Source: the human T2T-CHM13v2.0 reference genome, Homo sapiens
Reading direction: 5' to 3' (one strand)
Assembly: GCF_009914755.1 (NCBI RefSeq)
Contig: NC_060928.1
DNA length: 64,000 nucleotides
Each line of letters begins with the position of its first letter. Position 1 is the first letter of the stretch. Made by a program: the position numbers and the translations under genes. Below are positions 1 through 14,224 of the stretch, piece by piece. Under the pieces are notes generated by a model. That model worked only from the letters and a program-made list of their open reading frames with translations, searched no databases and had not been told where the DNA came from.

Positions 1-869
1 AAGGAGATGAGTGAGAGAATGAGCCTGTGAAGGTCTAAAGTGTAAACATTCCAGGCTGAAGGAAAGTCCCATGCAAAGGCCCTGAAGTGGGAGCATGTTT
101 GGAACACTTGAGGAAAGTACGTAAGGTAAATGTGGTTGGGGCAGAGGTGCAAGGGATGATAAGAGGAGCTGAAGTTGGGGTGAAACCCAAGGGCAGATTG
201 TATAGGCTTTGCCAGCCTTCTACATGGAGAGTGGGCTCTCAAGAAACAGTGGCTAAATCCAAGACAACCAAAATGTGCCCAGTAGGGGAATGCCCAGATA
301 ACTTACAATCAGCTCATACTGCAGAATGCTAGGCAGAGAAAGGTATTCACCACATATTGTTTAGTGAAAAGAGCATGTTGCAGAAAATAGGTATGTTTGG
401 ATTCCATTTCAAAAACAAATTCATCCTCATATGTGTACATGTTTGTGCAGAGTCTCAAAAAGGTGGAAGAATGCACACACAAAAGTTTGAACAGTGGGAA
501 TCCTTGAGGAATTGGGTTCAAAGGAAGGGATCTGTGTGTGGGGACTCCCACATTTTACTTTGTGTAATTCTATATCATTTTTGGTTTTACGACAAACATT
601 TTTTATAATTTTCAAAAATTACAAACATGTGTTGGATTCCGATGGAACTAGACTCTCTACTCTTCACATTTTGGGGATCACAGGAGAGATGATGGTGGGT
701 ATCAGAAGGTCTTGAACCATAAGGCCTGGCCCTGGTACTTTTTTACCTAAGGCATCCCCAAGTGCCTTAGGATAGATATCGGCACCCAAGGGGATTCTCA
801 TTATTAAAGACAATTTGAACACCTCAACTGTTTCCCAAAAGAACTTGAGTAGGACTGTCTTAAAATGTA

Positions 870-1475
870 CCTGTGGGATTTTAATTTATGGAGGTGATTC
901 AGTGACAACACAAACAGACTAATGCCATTGAAAGAGAAGTTTTATAACTTATATTTCCCAAGAGGAGGGGGCACACCATGCCACACAGGGCCACATGGGA
1001 AAGAGCCTGGCTGGTCAGGGGGCAGAAGGGAGAGAAGAGAGAGCCTGGGCCAGAGCCTTCATTGTGTTTTCCATGGGAAAAGCAAGACAGGGCAGGATAA
1101 ACAGCTTAGGACTGGCTACTTGGAATAAGTCTGATGGCTTTGGAGCATAGGGACTGTCCCTAGTTGTCTGGTGCCTGGCCCTGGGGTGATTTAGGGAAGA
1201 GGGAATATTGGCTCCATGTGTAAGAATTCCATAAAAGAGATGGTGGGGGGCGTGGACTCTGGATTGGTGTTTTTGCATTTAAAAAAAGAGTGCTCTTGGG
1301 CAAGCCCCCTTGCTTTCTGTAAGAACTGGCTATGCCTGGGAGGTGCAGTCTCTCCCCAGTCAAATGCCAGAGCATCAGGAACACAGAAAACAAGAAAAGA
1401 TAGTTAATACAACTGGCCCTGTGATGAATGGATGCCAAATAGACACAGACTCTAAGAAAACAAAGCTGTTACAAC
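870..1475 (-). mobile_element. Old LTR, MER21/MER77-like
   Basis: Resembles recalled consensus (gggcgtggactctggattgg...tttgcat; cctgggaggtgcagtctctcc); boundaries approximate. Confidence 0.45.
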
Positions 1476-2459
1476 CACAATCCAGTTAAAAGAGGCCAGT
1501 ATACTCAGACTCGTAACTCAGACATTCTCTACCAGGAGGCATGATGGGCTGGGAGCTGGGGGATAGTGAGAAAATAGAGAAAGGCAGGGCCGAGGGAGGG
1601 TCCATTGTTCAAATGACACCGAAAAAACAGCAGAAAATTGTAAGACCTACTCTGTGCTGAGAAAATACAGGGCACCTTAGATATATTGTCTCTAACAATC
1701 AAACCCTTTGAAACACATATTAGTATCACCATTTTACGGATGAGAAAAATGAGGCTGGGAGGGGTAAGTATCCTGCCCCTATGGTCATCTGGCCAGTCAG
1801 TGGTGGAAGTAGACGTTAAACCTCAGTCTTTTTGACTCCAAAGACACTGTTTTAACTTTAAAGTCTAATTTCTCTGAAATCTGGGCTTGAACCTGGGCAG
1901 ATGCTAATCTCCAAAGAAATCAGTTTTAGTAAGTGGGGGGCAATGAAGAGGGCTCTAAGCAGTGGGAGTTTCAGGTCAGAGCAAAGCTGCAAAATTCCAA
2001 GTAAAGCTTCCAAACAAGTAAGTGGATGTGGCTGAGACCTTCACAAGGACCTCAGGGAGGATGTCATTCCAACTTGACCAGGGCACCAGCAATGGATGAG
2101 GGCTGCAGCCTGACAGCACCCGAATGTGAAGATTCAGCCACTTGTACCGCATCCTGGGCCTCACTGCTCCAAATTCCCACCAAGGTGGGCCTGAGCCAAC
2201 CTCCATCAGGTTGGAGATGATTGAGATTGAGAGGCTCTGGCTGTGCCTTCAAATGGGAGGGGCAGGGGGCAGACAGCACTGACACAGAGGACCATAAAAT
2301 GTATCTAGCAGAGCAGGAGAGCTCCATCTGGAGGTCAGGCGAAGTAGTACAATTGTGCACTATCTTTTCTCAGCGCTTCCAGTGTTAATCATGATCTGGG
2401 GGCAGCTGAGCAGATCTCATGTATTCAGCAATTATTTATTGAGCACCAAGCAGCATATC

Positions 2460-3250
2460 ATATTTTAGTTTCCAAAAACCCTAAGACAAAGACTTAGGGG
2501 GCACATTATTTATATGCATAAAGCAGGGAGTAGGGACAGAAAAAGGATAATAAAGCTAAAAAAAAGGTGTGTTATTGAGTGGTTGGCACTGTGGGCAACT
2601 GATGCTCAGTCCCTCTGAGGACCCTGAGAGTTCCTCAGAACACCCCTCAGAATTGTCCCATCAGCAGAGGAGAGGCTGTGTCTTCACTGACTGAGGGTTT
2701 CCTGGGTGGCTTTCCATCACCAGCCCTTCTTGGCAGCCCACACACTGAATAAACTTTCCTGTAGTTCCAGAGAAAGGGACACAGGCAACTCAGGGGGTGG
2801 CTGTCAGTGTGATGGCATATTAGTCTGTTTTCACGCTGCTAATAAACACATACCTGAGACTGGGCAATTTACAAAAGAGAAAGGTTTAATACAGTTCTAC
2901 GTGCCTGGGGAAGCTTCACAATCATGGCAGAAGGCAAGGAGGAGCAAGTCCCGTCTTACATGGATGGCAGCAGGCAAAGAGAGAATGAGGAAGATGCAAA
3001 AGCAGAAAACCCTGATAAACCACCAGATCTTGTAAGACTTGTTCACTACCATGAGAACGATATGAGGGAAACCGCCCCCGTGATTCCACCGGGTCCCTCC
3101 CACAACACATGGGAATTATGGGAGTACAATCCAAGATGAGATTTGGGTGGGGACACAGCCAAACCATATCAGATGGAAACTTCCCACTGCAGCTTCAAGT
3201 GAGCTCAGAGGTGGATTGAGAGCCCTGGAGCAGGGCAACAGCAGTTTCTG
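2460..3250 (-). mobile_element. Old ERVL-type LTR (LTR16/LTR33-like) interrupted by THE1
   Basis: accctaagacaaagactt... and cactgtgggcaactgatgctcagtccc motifs; continues after 3176. Confidence 0.45.
2816..3171 (-). mobile_element. THE1 solo LTR (MaLR)
   Basis: catattagtctgttttcacgctgctaataa...gggacacagccaaaccatatca; 5-bp TSD GATGG at 2811-2815 and 3172-3176. Confidence 0.9.
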
Positions 3251-4580
3251 ATCCCCTAAGACCTCTCGGAGACTGTTCTCCCACAGTGGACTCTATAGCT
3301 ACTCGCCTGCTCTGCAACCTCCTGGGCCTAAGCTCAGGGCTCCTCTGTCTGAGTGGTCATCCCCTACTCAAATTCAGGAGTGAGCTCAGACAACTCTTCC
3401 TCTAAAATATGCTTTGTGAGCATAAAATCTGAGGCAGGAGTGTGCCTCTGCACCTCTGGCTATCTCTAGAGGCACCTGGATAGTGGTTACAGGCCTGAGC
3501 TTACAGCTCCGTGTCACACTGGGCTTGAAGATAGTAAGTCATGGCCCTTATCTTCAAGGGACTTAAAGTCTCAAAGACAAGAAGACCACAACTCTCTCTA
3601 GGCTGTGAGCATTCCCAAGAGTTCTTAAGGCTTCACTTATGAACGTGCTTTCTGAGAAATAAAAAAGAGCAACATTCTATGCACTCAGCTCCACTGTAGA
3701 TCCTAAATTAGTCATAGGATCCCCAACAGACCACCTACCAAAGCCCCACCCAGGGAGATTCATTAACAAATCAAATTAAAATCTCTCAGCAGATGCTGGT
3801 GACTACACAGTTCTACTTCCAAGAATCCCCAAATCATCCCAACTGATTTTGAACCTGCAAGAGCACCCAGTGGAATTAAGGCCCACCACTCTCACCTCCC
3901 CTCCTCCTGTAGAGTCCTTCCTAAACCAGACCCACAAAGGAACGCAGCCACAATTTCAGTCTTTCTTGCTTCTTTTCCCAACTTTACTACCATTAATCTA
4001 GTTTTTCATTCATTTTTTTCATTCACTCAGCCAACAATTTCTTCAGTGCCAGTCATGAGTCAGTTGCTGTGTTTGGCTCCAGCAATGTAATCATGACTGA
4101 AATATGGCCCTAGGTCAAAAGGAGCTTATAGGCCATAGCGATGACAGCAATTTTATTCTTCCACACCCAACTGGAAATTTTAAAAGCACCTGGGGTTACC
4201 AAGAGATCTAATGAATCATAGCTAGAAACCATTTTCCAAACACTAAAGGCAAAGCTAATTATATCAGACTCATGCTTAATATCCATTATTGACCACCCCC
4301 CCTCCCTGCCCCATTGATGTCCAAGTCCCTTTATTTACAGCTAAGCATCTTGACTGGATTCCCAGCTACTGTACAAGCCTTGTCCTCCAATATCTACCTT
4401 CACAGACTTTCTGTTCCACAGTGAACACTTCAGCATATCTCTTCTGGGACTACCTGGGTCTAGGCTCAGGACTCCTCTGTCTGAGTAGACAAGCCCTACT
4501 CAAATCTCAAAGCTGAGCTCAGGCATCCCTTTCACAGAAGTGCCTTTTGTGAACATTCCCCTGAGGCAGCAGTCTGCTTC

Positions 4581-5298
4581 TGTTACCTGTGGCAAATCTG
4601 TAGGGTCTGCAGCAACCTCAATTCTTGCCTGCTCAGAAGAAAGAATTCAACTGAGGGGCATAAAGCAGAAGGAGAGACTGAGGCAAGTTTTACAGCAGGA
4701 GTGAAAGTTTATTAAAAAGCATTAGAGCAGGAATGAAAGGAAGTAAAGTATACTTGGAAGAAGGCCAAGCAGGCAATGTGAGAAATCAAGTGCATGACTC
4801 CACCTTTTGACTTGGGGCTTTATAAGCTGGTGTGCTTCTGGGATCTCGCATTGCCTCTCCCCTGATTCTTCCCTTGGGATGGGCTGTCCGTATGCACAGT
4901 GGCCTGTTAGTGGTTGGGAGGTGAGCATGCGCAGTGTGTTTACTGGAGTTGTATGCATGCTCACCTGAGGTGTTCTTCCCCCACCAGTCTAGCATTCCTA
5001 GAGGAAGGTCATGTACCAGTTAAATGCTGCCATTTTGCCTCTTAATGCACATGCTTGAGACCACTCTCCCAACTCCTGAGATCTTATCAGGAACCTGCTG
5101 ATCACCAGTTTCAGGTGTTTTCTATCTATTGGGAAACTGCCCTTCCCTGGTGCCGACTGCAACCAATTATTATTTTAGAGAGACAGTTAACTTTCTGACC
5201 ATCAGCTGATGGTCACCTGACATTCCTAGTAGGTGGGTGTGTTGGGGAGGAAGCCCTCTCCTGTTCTGCCAATGCCTGATGAGCCACCTACTGTAACA
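4581..5298 (-). mobile_element. ERV1 solo LTR, MER50-like
   Basis: TGTTAC...GTAACA termini, 4-bp TSD CTTC (4577-4580, 5299-5302); minus strand begins tgttacagtaggtggc. Confidence 0.8.
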
Positions 5299-6626
5299 CT
5301 TCCAGCAGCTCTGAATATCTCTGTAGGCTCCGCAGATAGTAGTTAAGAACATGCACCCCAAGTCATACTGACTACAGGACCCATTTCAATCGATGATCTG
5401 TGACTTGGCCAGGTTCTTCGTATCTCTAAGCCTTGATTTCCTCCAGTTAGAATGGGGATAATAATAATCATGTACGTAGTGTTTTTGCATGGAATAAATG
5501 TGATGACCCATTTAAAGACTTAGCCCAATGTTTGAACACATAGTAAGCCCTCAAACATTAGCTCCTGTGATATGTAGCTAATTTCATAAAACACTTCATT
5601 TTAACTGTTAGCTTAATTTGACTATCACCTCCTTACCTATGTCTTATATAACTATAAGTCCAACTTTCCCACAGCATGCTGGGTATATAGGTATTAAGTA
5701 AGTGAATGAATGAACTGAGATGCCACTTGCAAAATTTGGAAGGTGCTTTCAAGTAGTATATACTGAGTGCCCACTTGAAGCCAGGCATTGCTCCAGGGCC
5801 TTTCCCATATATGAAATTATCTGTTCTTCCCAATATTACTGTGGGATTAAAAAGACTACTGCCATTATCACATTTTTATGGGTCAGAAAACAAGTTCAGA
5901 AAGTCTATCCAATTTTTCTGAGGCCATGACATTAGTGAATGCCAGGACAGAGATTTAAGCCTGGCTTCTCTGGTTCTGGGGAAGATACATCAATGTGATT
6001 GTAACACACAAGCTAGATTTTAGGGAAATGACACTGCAACTAAGATATCGTCCATTGTTGCTAGGCCCCACAGGAATTCAGAGATGCAAGGTTTTATTCT
6101 TCAAAAATGTCTTGGATTGTACACACATATTTTAATTGTTGAGAGAATAAACAACTTGACTGAAAAAAGAAAAAAGAAAACATTTACAGTCTGTATATTG
6201 CAAAAAGATCTAAAGGCAGCAGCTCCCACGGCTCTTTGAGGGCTATAGATGATCAGTGTAATCTATCATAAATCAGCCAAGTATGTTCAGTGGCAGTAAA
6301 TAATGCTGTCAACAGCATTAAATTTGATGCACAAGAAGACACATTTGTATGAAAGGGAGTGGAGAGAAACAGAAAAGGATTAAGTTCCATTGTTTTGTTT
6401 TCTGGTGAACACAAGAAACCTGAAACCGTCTGCAACAAGAAACCCTAACTTTGGAAATTGTACAATATTTTCCCTCCAACATTCAAGGAGACCATTGAAG
6501 CTGGTCAGTGTCCTGGCTGGATGATGAACGGTCTGCTCTGATCCACACCTTCCAGCCAGACCTCATGACCTTCTCAATTCCCAGGCTTCCTAATGTTTGT
6601 TATAGAAATTATTGGCTTTTCTTGCC

Positions 6627-7020
6627 CTGTATTAATCAAAGAGGCTAAGTTAGGCAGCACTAACCAACAAATCCCAAATCTCAGTGGCTTCAAACAGCAA
6701 AAAGGTTTATGTACTGATGCATAAATACAAAAGCCTTTATGTTACATGCTCACTATGGAGCAATCAGGGTCTTTGTTCATTGTGGGCCCTCAGGACCCAG
6801 CCACCATCACCATTTCCCGATACCCCCATCACAGCATAAGGCTTCAGATTTCACCATGGAGGGGAAAGGGGACATGTAGGTAATTCATGTTTTCTGCCCA
6901 CACAATTCTTCTAGCCAGGCCTAATTTTAGAGACGAGGAAGGGTGATCCTGCCAAGTGTCTTAGAGGAGGGCAGAACCGGAAATACTAGCGGGCGCACCC
7001 CAGTGCTGCATACCACACAT
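6627..7020 (-). mobile_element. Old MLT1 LTR
   Basis: tgtattaatca...taaccaacaaatcccaaatctcagtggcttcaaacagc. Confidence 0.6.
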
Positions 7021-7399
7021 AGAAGAAGTCAGAATAGTTCCTTTAGAGAGCTATTTCCATGTTGCACAATAGCGAGGGGGAAGGGAGTGGCAAATAAATG
7101 AGGAGGAACTGGGAAAACATATCATTTTTGTTGTGTAGGGATAGTCTCTGATGAGGAGACCATGTCTGGGGTGGAAAGGAATGAGGAGCGTGTGGGGAGG
7201 AGCAACCTTGCAGCCACAACACAATCTGCATCTTTAAGTGCTTCAACCTGAGCCACACTGGCCTCCCGGACACCAAAACCTGAGGGGGATGTTTCATCAA
7301 GGCCAGCTGAGTAGGAAGAACAGAAACCACAAACCTACTGGGGCCTGGTTAACTGAATGCTGCAAGCCCCCTCTGCACTGTTGTTGGCCAAATAGCTGG

Positions 7400-8980
7400 A
7401 GGCATCTCATCACATTTGAATGACACCAGTACCAAAGCCAGGCAAAGGTCCCAGCATGGGTATTGCAAGAGGGGGGAAACAAGTAGAAAAATCAAAAACA
7501 GAAGGCAGATACAAAATTACATACATCATAAATGATCCACCACCAGAGAACACAGAGATCAGTTCTCTTCAGTCTTAAATGAATCAACATCGTAGTTTCT
7601 CAGAAAAGAAAGTTTAAAAACGAAATAGAAATGATCAGAAAAGAAATAAGACGAAGACCAGTTAAAAAGTAGCAGAGCTCAGGAAATCAATGAAATAAAA
7701 CAATTATAGACATGAAAGTCAACTTCAAAGTCAACAGAAAACAGATAAATGCTATTGAAAGCACAGGAAAGCTTCAGATACCACACGAAATGAGAAAGAA
7801 AGAAACAGTGTGATAAAAATGATTACAGACAAGACAACACAAACTGAAGCAAAAGGGAGGCTGACATACCCAAATTGGTATTTTGAACAGAAAAAAAGGA
7901 ACAGGAAAAAACTTAAAGTCAATTCAAGAAAGCTTTTTGAGTTTAAAAAAGCTTTCTCTAAATGTAAAGGGAACACCATATCCCAGGAAAAATAAGCAAG
8001 ATTGGTAACATCAAGATATGGACTGTGAAAATTCAAGGAAAAATGTCTTGTATGTGTTGTTTAGAGAACAGATATCACAAGCGGAGCCTGGCAGGTTACT
8101 TTAGTCTCCACCACAATCCTCAACACCAGAAAATAGCAGAGCAACCTCTACCAAGTTCTAAGGGGACAAGGTGACCCAAGAGGTTTTTTTCTTTCACTCA
8201 GCCAAGCTATGCTATAACTATAAAAGAAACAGGCAGGCATTCCTAAACATGTAAGAATTCAAGGACTGTATTAACAAAGCCCTTCTTGAAAAGTATTTGA
8301 TGATGAAATCTAGCATAGCAAGACATGAATCAAAATTAAACACCCAGCAATGGAGAATCCACCAAATAAGGACATGAGCAAGTATTAGATCTTTTACAAA
8401 ACCGAATCAAGACTAAGCAACAGTGGGAATTATTTGACAGAAAAGAATATAAATGTTATAATTCCAGGCAATCCAAAAATAATAATGTAACTGAAAAAAA
8501 TTGGGAGGCTAGGGGTGGAAGGGAAAAATGAAATAAATAAAACCCTCCTCTTTCATGGCAGAAGATAAATAAATATTGTATAAAGTTAAAACATACAAAG
8601 TTTTAAAAAGCAAAATGACACTAAATTCTGGAATTGTTTTTCATAGTTGTCATCTAACCTTAGAAATATCTGAAGTTCAGCAATTCCTTCAGTTGGATTC
8701 TAGTTTATTTTTATTCTGATACATTCAAGTAACCTCACATTCAATCATTTTTTATAAAAATAGCATGCGTAGTATGAACTTATTTTTGTAAAATTATATC
8801 CAGCAAGGCTTCTGGCTAAACCTGTGCCTCAGAGAATCTGGAATGATGTTCATCAAATGTTGGCAAAATGATTTCTGAGAGGTGAAAGTTTGTTTTGCTT
8901 TGCTTTTTTCTGTTTTTTTTTTTTTAATAAAATTCCTTGAAATTTTTATGATAAGCAGATACATTTTCACAAAATCACCA
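7400..8980 (+). mobile_element. Decayed HAL1/ancient L1 (ORF1-like A-rich relic)
   Basis: Purine/A-rich degenerate ORF1-like sequence with HAL1-type 3' motifs; boundaries approximate. Confidence 0.5.
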
Positions 8981-9230
8981 CAATCTCCCCCAAATAATCA
9001 CTCTCTACAGATCATGTCAGCTACTTAGGTGCCTGAAAATCTGCCTGTCTCTGAGTCCCATGCTTCCCCAAAATACTATGCAAGCCCAGCAGTCGGCTCT
9101 GCTCAGAAGAATGTGCCCAGGCAGCGCAGCCCTTCCCTCTTGGAGTCAGCAATCAATTTTGCTCTGTGTTATTCATTTTGGATGTCCAATGTTGGTCTCA
9201 TTCTGTCTCATCCTCTTACTCTAGTAATGC

Positions 9231-9668
9231 TGTATTAGTTTCCCAGGACTGCCTTAGCAAATTACCACAACCTGGGTGGTTTACATCAGAAATTTATTCT
9301 CTTGCAGGTCTGGAGATCAAAAATCCAAAATCAAGGCTTTGACAGGGTTTGTTCCTTCTGGAGGCTCTGCAAGGTCATTCATCCTCTGCCTCTCTCCTGG
9401 CTTCTGGTGGCTACAGGCAATCCTTGGGGTTTCTGGGATCGTAGGCACAACATTCCCATGTCTGCCTCTGTCATCACCTCACCTTCTTTTCTGTCTCTTT
9501 TCCCCTTCTTTTCTCAGGATACATTGGATTTAGGGTGCACCCTAATCCAGGATGATCTCATCTCAAGATCCTTAATTACATCTACATAAACCCTATTTCA
9601 AATTAAGTTTGCATTCACAGGTTTGGGGTAGACACGTCTTTGAGGGGGCTACTATTCAGCCCACTACA
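9231..9668 (-). mobile_element. MLT1 (C/D-like) solo LTR
   Basis: tgtattagtttcccaggactgcc...aaattaccacaacctgggtgg...ctattcagcccactaca. Confidence 0.85.
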
Positions 9669-10952
9669 AATGGTGCGATTTCTGAATGGTGTAACAACTA
9701 AAACTGCTTGCAATATAGCTGTGCTCCAAGAATTGCCCAACTCCAATAAAATAGTTGTATTCTTTATGTTTTGTTCAAACAGGTTTTTTTCTGTATTATG
9801 AAATGATATAAAATACCTAAATTTTAAAAACAAAAATGTCCTCTAATTTTAACATTCATAAAAATACTACTATCAATATATTTTAGTTCAGTATCCTCCT
9901 AGAGTACTTTTCTATGCATATACAAATATATCATGTACTAATAATGTACTTATTGTTTTGCAGCTCTTTACAATGAATCTATTTTAGGCATTTAGTCAAA
10001 TGGATTCACCTTAGTTTATTTAAGTAGTTTCTTTAACTTGACATTTAAATTGTTTCCCATTTTTTGTTATATAACAAGCTGGCTAAAATAAATATCCATA
10101 TAGATATAGATGTTTTTATATATATTTTTAAAAAGACCAAAACCATGAGCTGCTCCTTCTATGCCATTCATGGAAGCAGCGAGTGCTTGCTAGAAGAGAG
10201 TTTCTCACAATACATGGGGCCTAAGGATCCCTGAAGACACAAGCAGTTTTGGAACCAGATATATCTGAGTACTAGTTCTTCTTGCTTAGCTCTATGACTT
10301 TAGGAAAATCACTTAATCCTTCTCAGTCCTGATTTTCACCAGGAAAATAATCTCTAGTCTTTAAATCATGGTGAAGGTTAAATGATGATTAGAGTTAACA
10401 CTTATAAAGTATTTAGAATACAGCAAGTGTTTTTTATGCTAGTATTATAACTTATACTTCAGAGAGACTTCCAGAAAGATCCACCTCAGTAATTTCACTG
10501 TGGAACAGGAAAAGGGTCAAACTCAAAAGTATTTGCATGAGTCAATGACTAGGATCACTTAGTATATTCTCTGATCTTGGCTAAGCATTTGTGACTTTAC
10601 AGCGGCATAGTCAGAGGAGGTTGACTGCGGTAGGGTTGTCATTTTATTCTTAATGGGGACCAAGGGCATGGGAACCAAACAGTCTGAGAGAGAAAGCAAG
10701 ACCAATCACTTCCCGAGTAAGGAATGTCTGCACAGCACAACAGAACTCATTCTTATATTAAGTGGCAATTTAACAACACATCCCCAAAGCATCTGTGATC
10801 ACGAGCCCTTATTCCAAAACAAACAATTCATAAGTTGGGTTCAGTAATTGCTTCAATTTTAATGTACATTGAGATATTCAGAACTTCAATGATTTGCATA
10901 ATATTCCATGGAATTAATAACAGAGTCAGTTCCCACTTTTTCTCAATCCTAA

Positions 10953-11480
10953 GTGTATCAGTTAGGAATGCTTTAGTTGCATGCAACAGAAAATACACAC
11001 AACCATGGCTTAAACTAGTAAAAAATTTTATTTCTTCCTATAACAGGAAGTCAGGGGGTCCCTGGCACTGGTTCAGCTGCTCATTAAAGACATTAGGGAA
11101 TGAAGCTGTTTCCCTCGTTCCACTGTTTCATCCTGAACATGTTGTCTTTCATCCTCGCACTTGTGTCGAATGACAGCAGGCGGGCTCTACACTTGACATT
11201 GCATCTGTGTCAGAGGCAAGCAGAGTAGGACACAGGGATGTGCTGATTGGATCTGTGTCCTTTCATCAGGAAAGCAAAAGCCTTTTCAGAATTTCCCATA
11301 AGGTGCCTGCTCATGCCTTATCAGCAAGACTCCTGTCAGATGCCTCCCAAGCCCTCCCACAAAGGCAACTGGGAAGTGAGGATATAGGTGGGCATATATT
11401 GCCACCCAGTAGAATCGGCACTCTGGTAGCAGAGGCAGAGGTGGAAATGGGCATCAATTTATTAACAGTATCTGCCACAG
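10953..11480 (-). mobile_element. Old MLT1 (K/L-like) LTR
   Basis: tgtatcagttaggaatgctttagttgcatgcaacagaaaa...tctgccaca. Confidence 0.65.
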
Positions 11481-11609
11481 AATGAGACCTGAAAGGCTCA
11501 GAGAACTTAAGTTCACAAAACCTTGTTGCTTCCTCCTAGCCAATACCAGCTAAAGAATTATCACTCTCCCTGCTGAGTGTTTATAACCTGGATAATATAG
11601 TTGAAGGTC

Positions 11610-12210
11610 AAATTTGAGCAAAGTGATCTCTTAAAAATGGAAATGAGGTCATGTCCCTCTCCGGCTTCCTTCAAGACCTTCCTATTGACCTTCAAATAAA
11701 AAAACTCCTCCACAGAGCTTTCAAGACCCTGCATAACCCAGCCTGTGTCCAACCCCTCTGGCTTCACCTCTGATACCCCCACTTGCTCTGTCCTCTGCCA
11801 TCTCACTCTCCTTCCTGTGGTGATTGCCCTGCTGCAGTGCCTTTCAGCTGTTAGTCTCTGTAGGAAGAGCTTGTCCCCTCCAGACTCACTGGTCACAACT
11901 TTGCATCATTTAGATCTCTACTCAAAGGCTGCCTCCTCAAAGACACCTCTGACCCACTCCTTAAACCTAAACTAGCTACCCACCCCTTCTCCAAGATTTA
12001 CCATTCTCTTAACTGCTTTCTGGTCTTTGCAGCACTTACGCTGTTGGAATAATCACTGCATTTGCTTGCTGGCTTGATGTCTGCCTTCTACTCTACAACA
12101 CCAATCCCTAAAGGCAGGACATTTTTCTGTCTTATTTGCCACAGTTTCCCCGCCAGGATCCACACTTTGCACCTAATACATATTCAATAGCTCTCTGTTG
12201 AATGAGTGAG
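11610..12210 (+). mobile_element. L2 3' fragment
   Basis: Ends ...tattcaatagctctctgttgaatgagtgag, typical L2 3' body. Confidence 0.65.
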
Positions 12211-13704
12211 AGTATAGACCAGAGCTAAGAAGCCAGACATCAAATATCCAAGCAGAACCAGTAATGGGGATGCAAATTTGGGATAACAGGCTAAGGGTAG
12301 AAGCACACTGAGGACACCCCATAGTGCTACGTATTAGAGAGGAAAAATGAAGATGAACTATGTGTGCTCGCTGCTCTCAAAGGAGTTTATGGTCCACCTA
12401 GGAAGACACGCATACACAAACAACACAAGGGACTCTGTAAAGGGAAGTAAGAGGAAAACAGGGTGGGGGCTGAGTATGCTGCCAGCGTCAAACTTCCTAA
12501 TTGGAAAATGATGCACAAAGAGTTCACTAGAGGGATGCCTATTACAATGTTACTGGCAAAAACAAAAATTAAAAACAACCATACCATCCAACAATAGGGA
12601 ATTAGTGAAGACAATTTTAACACATCCATATACTGTAATTTAAAAATTACTCTGTAGAATTATATTTTACTATTTAAAAATTGATCATATATAGTAAGAG
12701 ATAATAGGATACACAAAATTGATAGTTCAATTTTATTAAATCTTTAAAGGGGGAAAGAGACAGGGAAAGAATATGTATCTTTCCAGATGCAGATCCCAAA
12801 ATGATAACAGGGTTATTGCTGGGTGGTCTGATTACAGCTGATTTCTATTTTCTTCCTTTTGTTTATTCATCTACTCTAATTTTTCTATGATTAACATGTA
12901 TTAATTGTGTAATATTTTCCCATTTTGGAACAACTGATTCAAGTTCATGTTTTAAATCCCATCTCAACAGTATGATTAAAACACTAGATATCAGAGTGTC
13001 ATTCCTTGGAGCAGGAGACCAAGCGGCTCTTAATTATTTTCAAGCACATGTAAATGTTTAAGAGTCTCTCCTGGGCATGGAAAAAGTGTGTCAGGCGGGT
13101 AACACCAATGGTACAGCCCCATTGGTGGTACAGCCCAGACAGCCCTTAACTTGAGGTCAATAGCACCCTATGGACCTAGGAAATAGCCACCATACCAAAA
13201 ATGCCATTTAAAGTTGTATTCTGTGCCAAATTCACTTCATCCACAGAACTTGCAAAGTAGTTATTATTCTCTCATTTTAGAAATGAGAATCCTGAAATTC
13301 AGGGAGGCTCAGAGACTTGTCTAATATCCTCCAGAGAGTAAAATTTAGACCAGCTCTGCCTAACTCCAAAGACCTGGCTTGTTTACCTGCACTGATGTTA
13401 GCCGCGAGCCTAATCAAGTGGAGGACACCTGGCCAGAGGCTCATCCAGTGGATATCACACATTTCCTTTCACTGTCATTCTAGAACCATTGCTTTGGCTA
13501 AAATCTTAATCAGTGGTGAAATCAAATAAGTCACAAAATGCAATGTGGTCTACTGAATTGGATCCTGGGAAAGACAAAGAGCATTAGTAAAAAAAACAAA
13601 AAGCAAACAAACAAAAACTGGTGGAATCCGCACAGCCTGGACTTAATTAATATTTTATACAGTCATTCCAGAAGAGCAGCTCCTTCATGTTATATATATA
13701 CATG

Positions 13705-13875
13705 TTAGCCGGGTGTGGTGGTGGGTACCTGTAATCCAGCTATTCAGGAGGCTAAGGCAAGAGAATCGCTTGAACCCAGAAGGCGGAGGTTGCAGTGAGC
13801 CCAGAAGGCAGAGGTCGCTCCAGCCTGGGTGACAAGAGCGAAACTCTGTCTCAAAAACAAAACAAAACAAAACAA
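13705..13875 (+). mobile_element. Partial Alu (right arm) with (CAAAA)n tail
   Basis: ttagccgggtgtggtggtgg...aaactctgtctcaaaaacaaaac. Confidence 0.9.
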
Positions 13876-13913
13876 AGAATGTATATATGTGCGTATATAC
13901 AGATAAGAAAGTA

Positions 13914-14224
13914 GGCCGGGCTTGGTGGCTCACGCCTGTAATCCCAGCACTTTGGGAGGCCGAGGCAGGCGGATCATGAGGTCAGGAGTTCGAGAGCAGC
14001 CTGGCCAATATGGTGAAATCCCATCTCTACTAAAATTACAAAAAACAAAATTAGCCAAGCATGGTGGCGCATGCCTGTAGTCCCAGCTACTCGGGAGGCT
14101 GAGGCAGAAGAATCACTTGAACCCAGGGGTGGAGGTTGCAGTGAGCCGTAATTGCGTCACTGCACTCCAGCCTGGGCAACAGAGTGAGTAAGACTCTGTC
14201 TCAAAAAAAAAAAAAAAAAAAAAA
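13914..14224 (+). mobile_element. Full-length AluS
   Basis: ggccgggcttggtggctcacgcctgtaatcccagc through poly(A). Confidence 0.95.
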
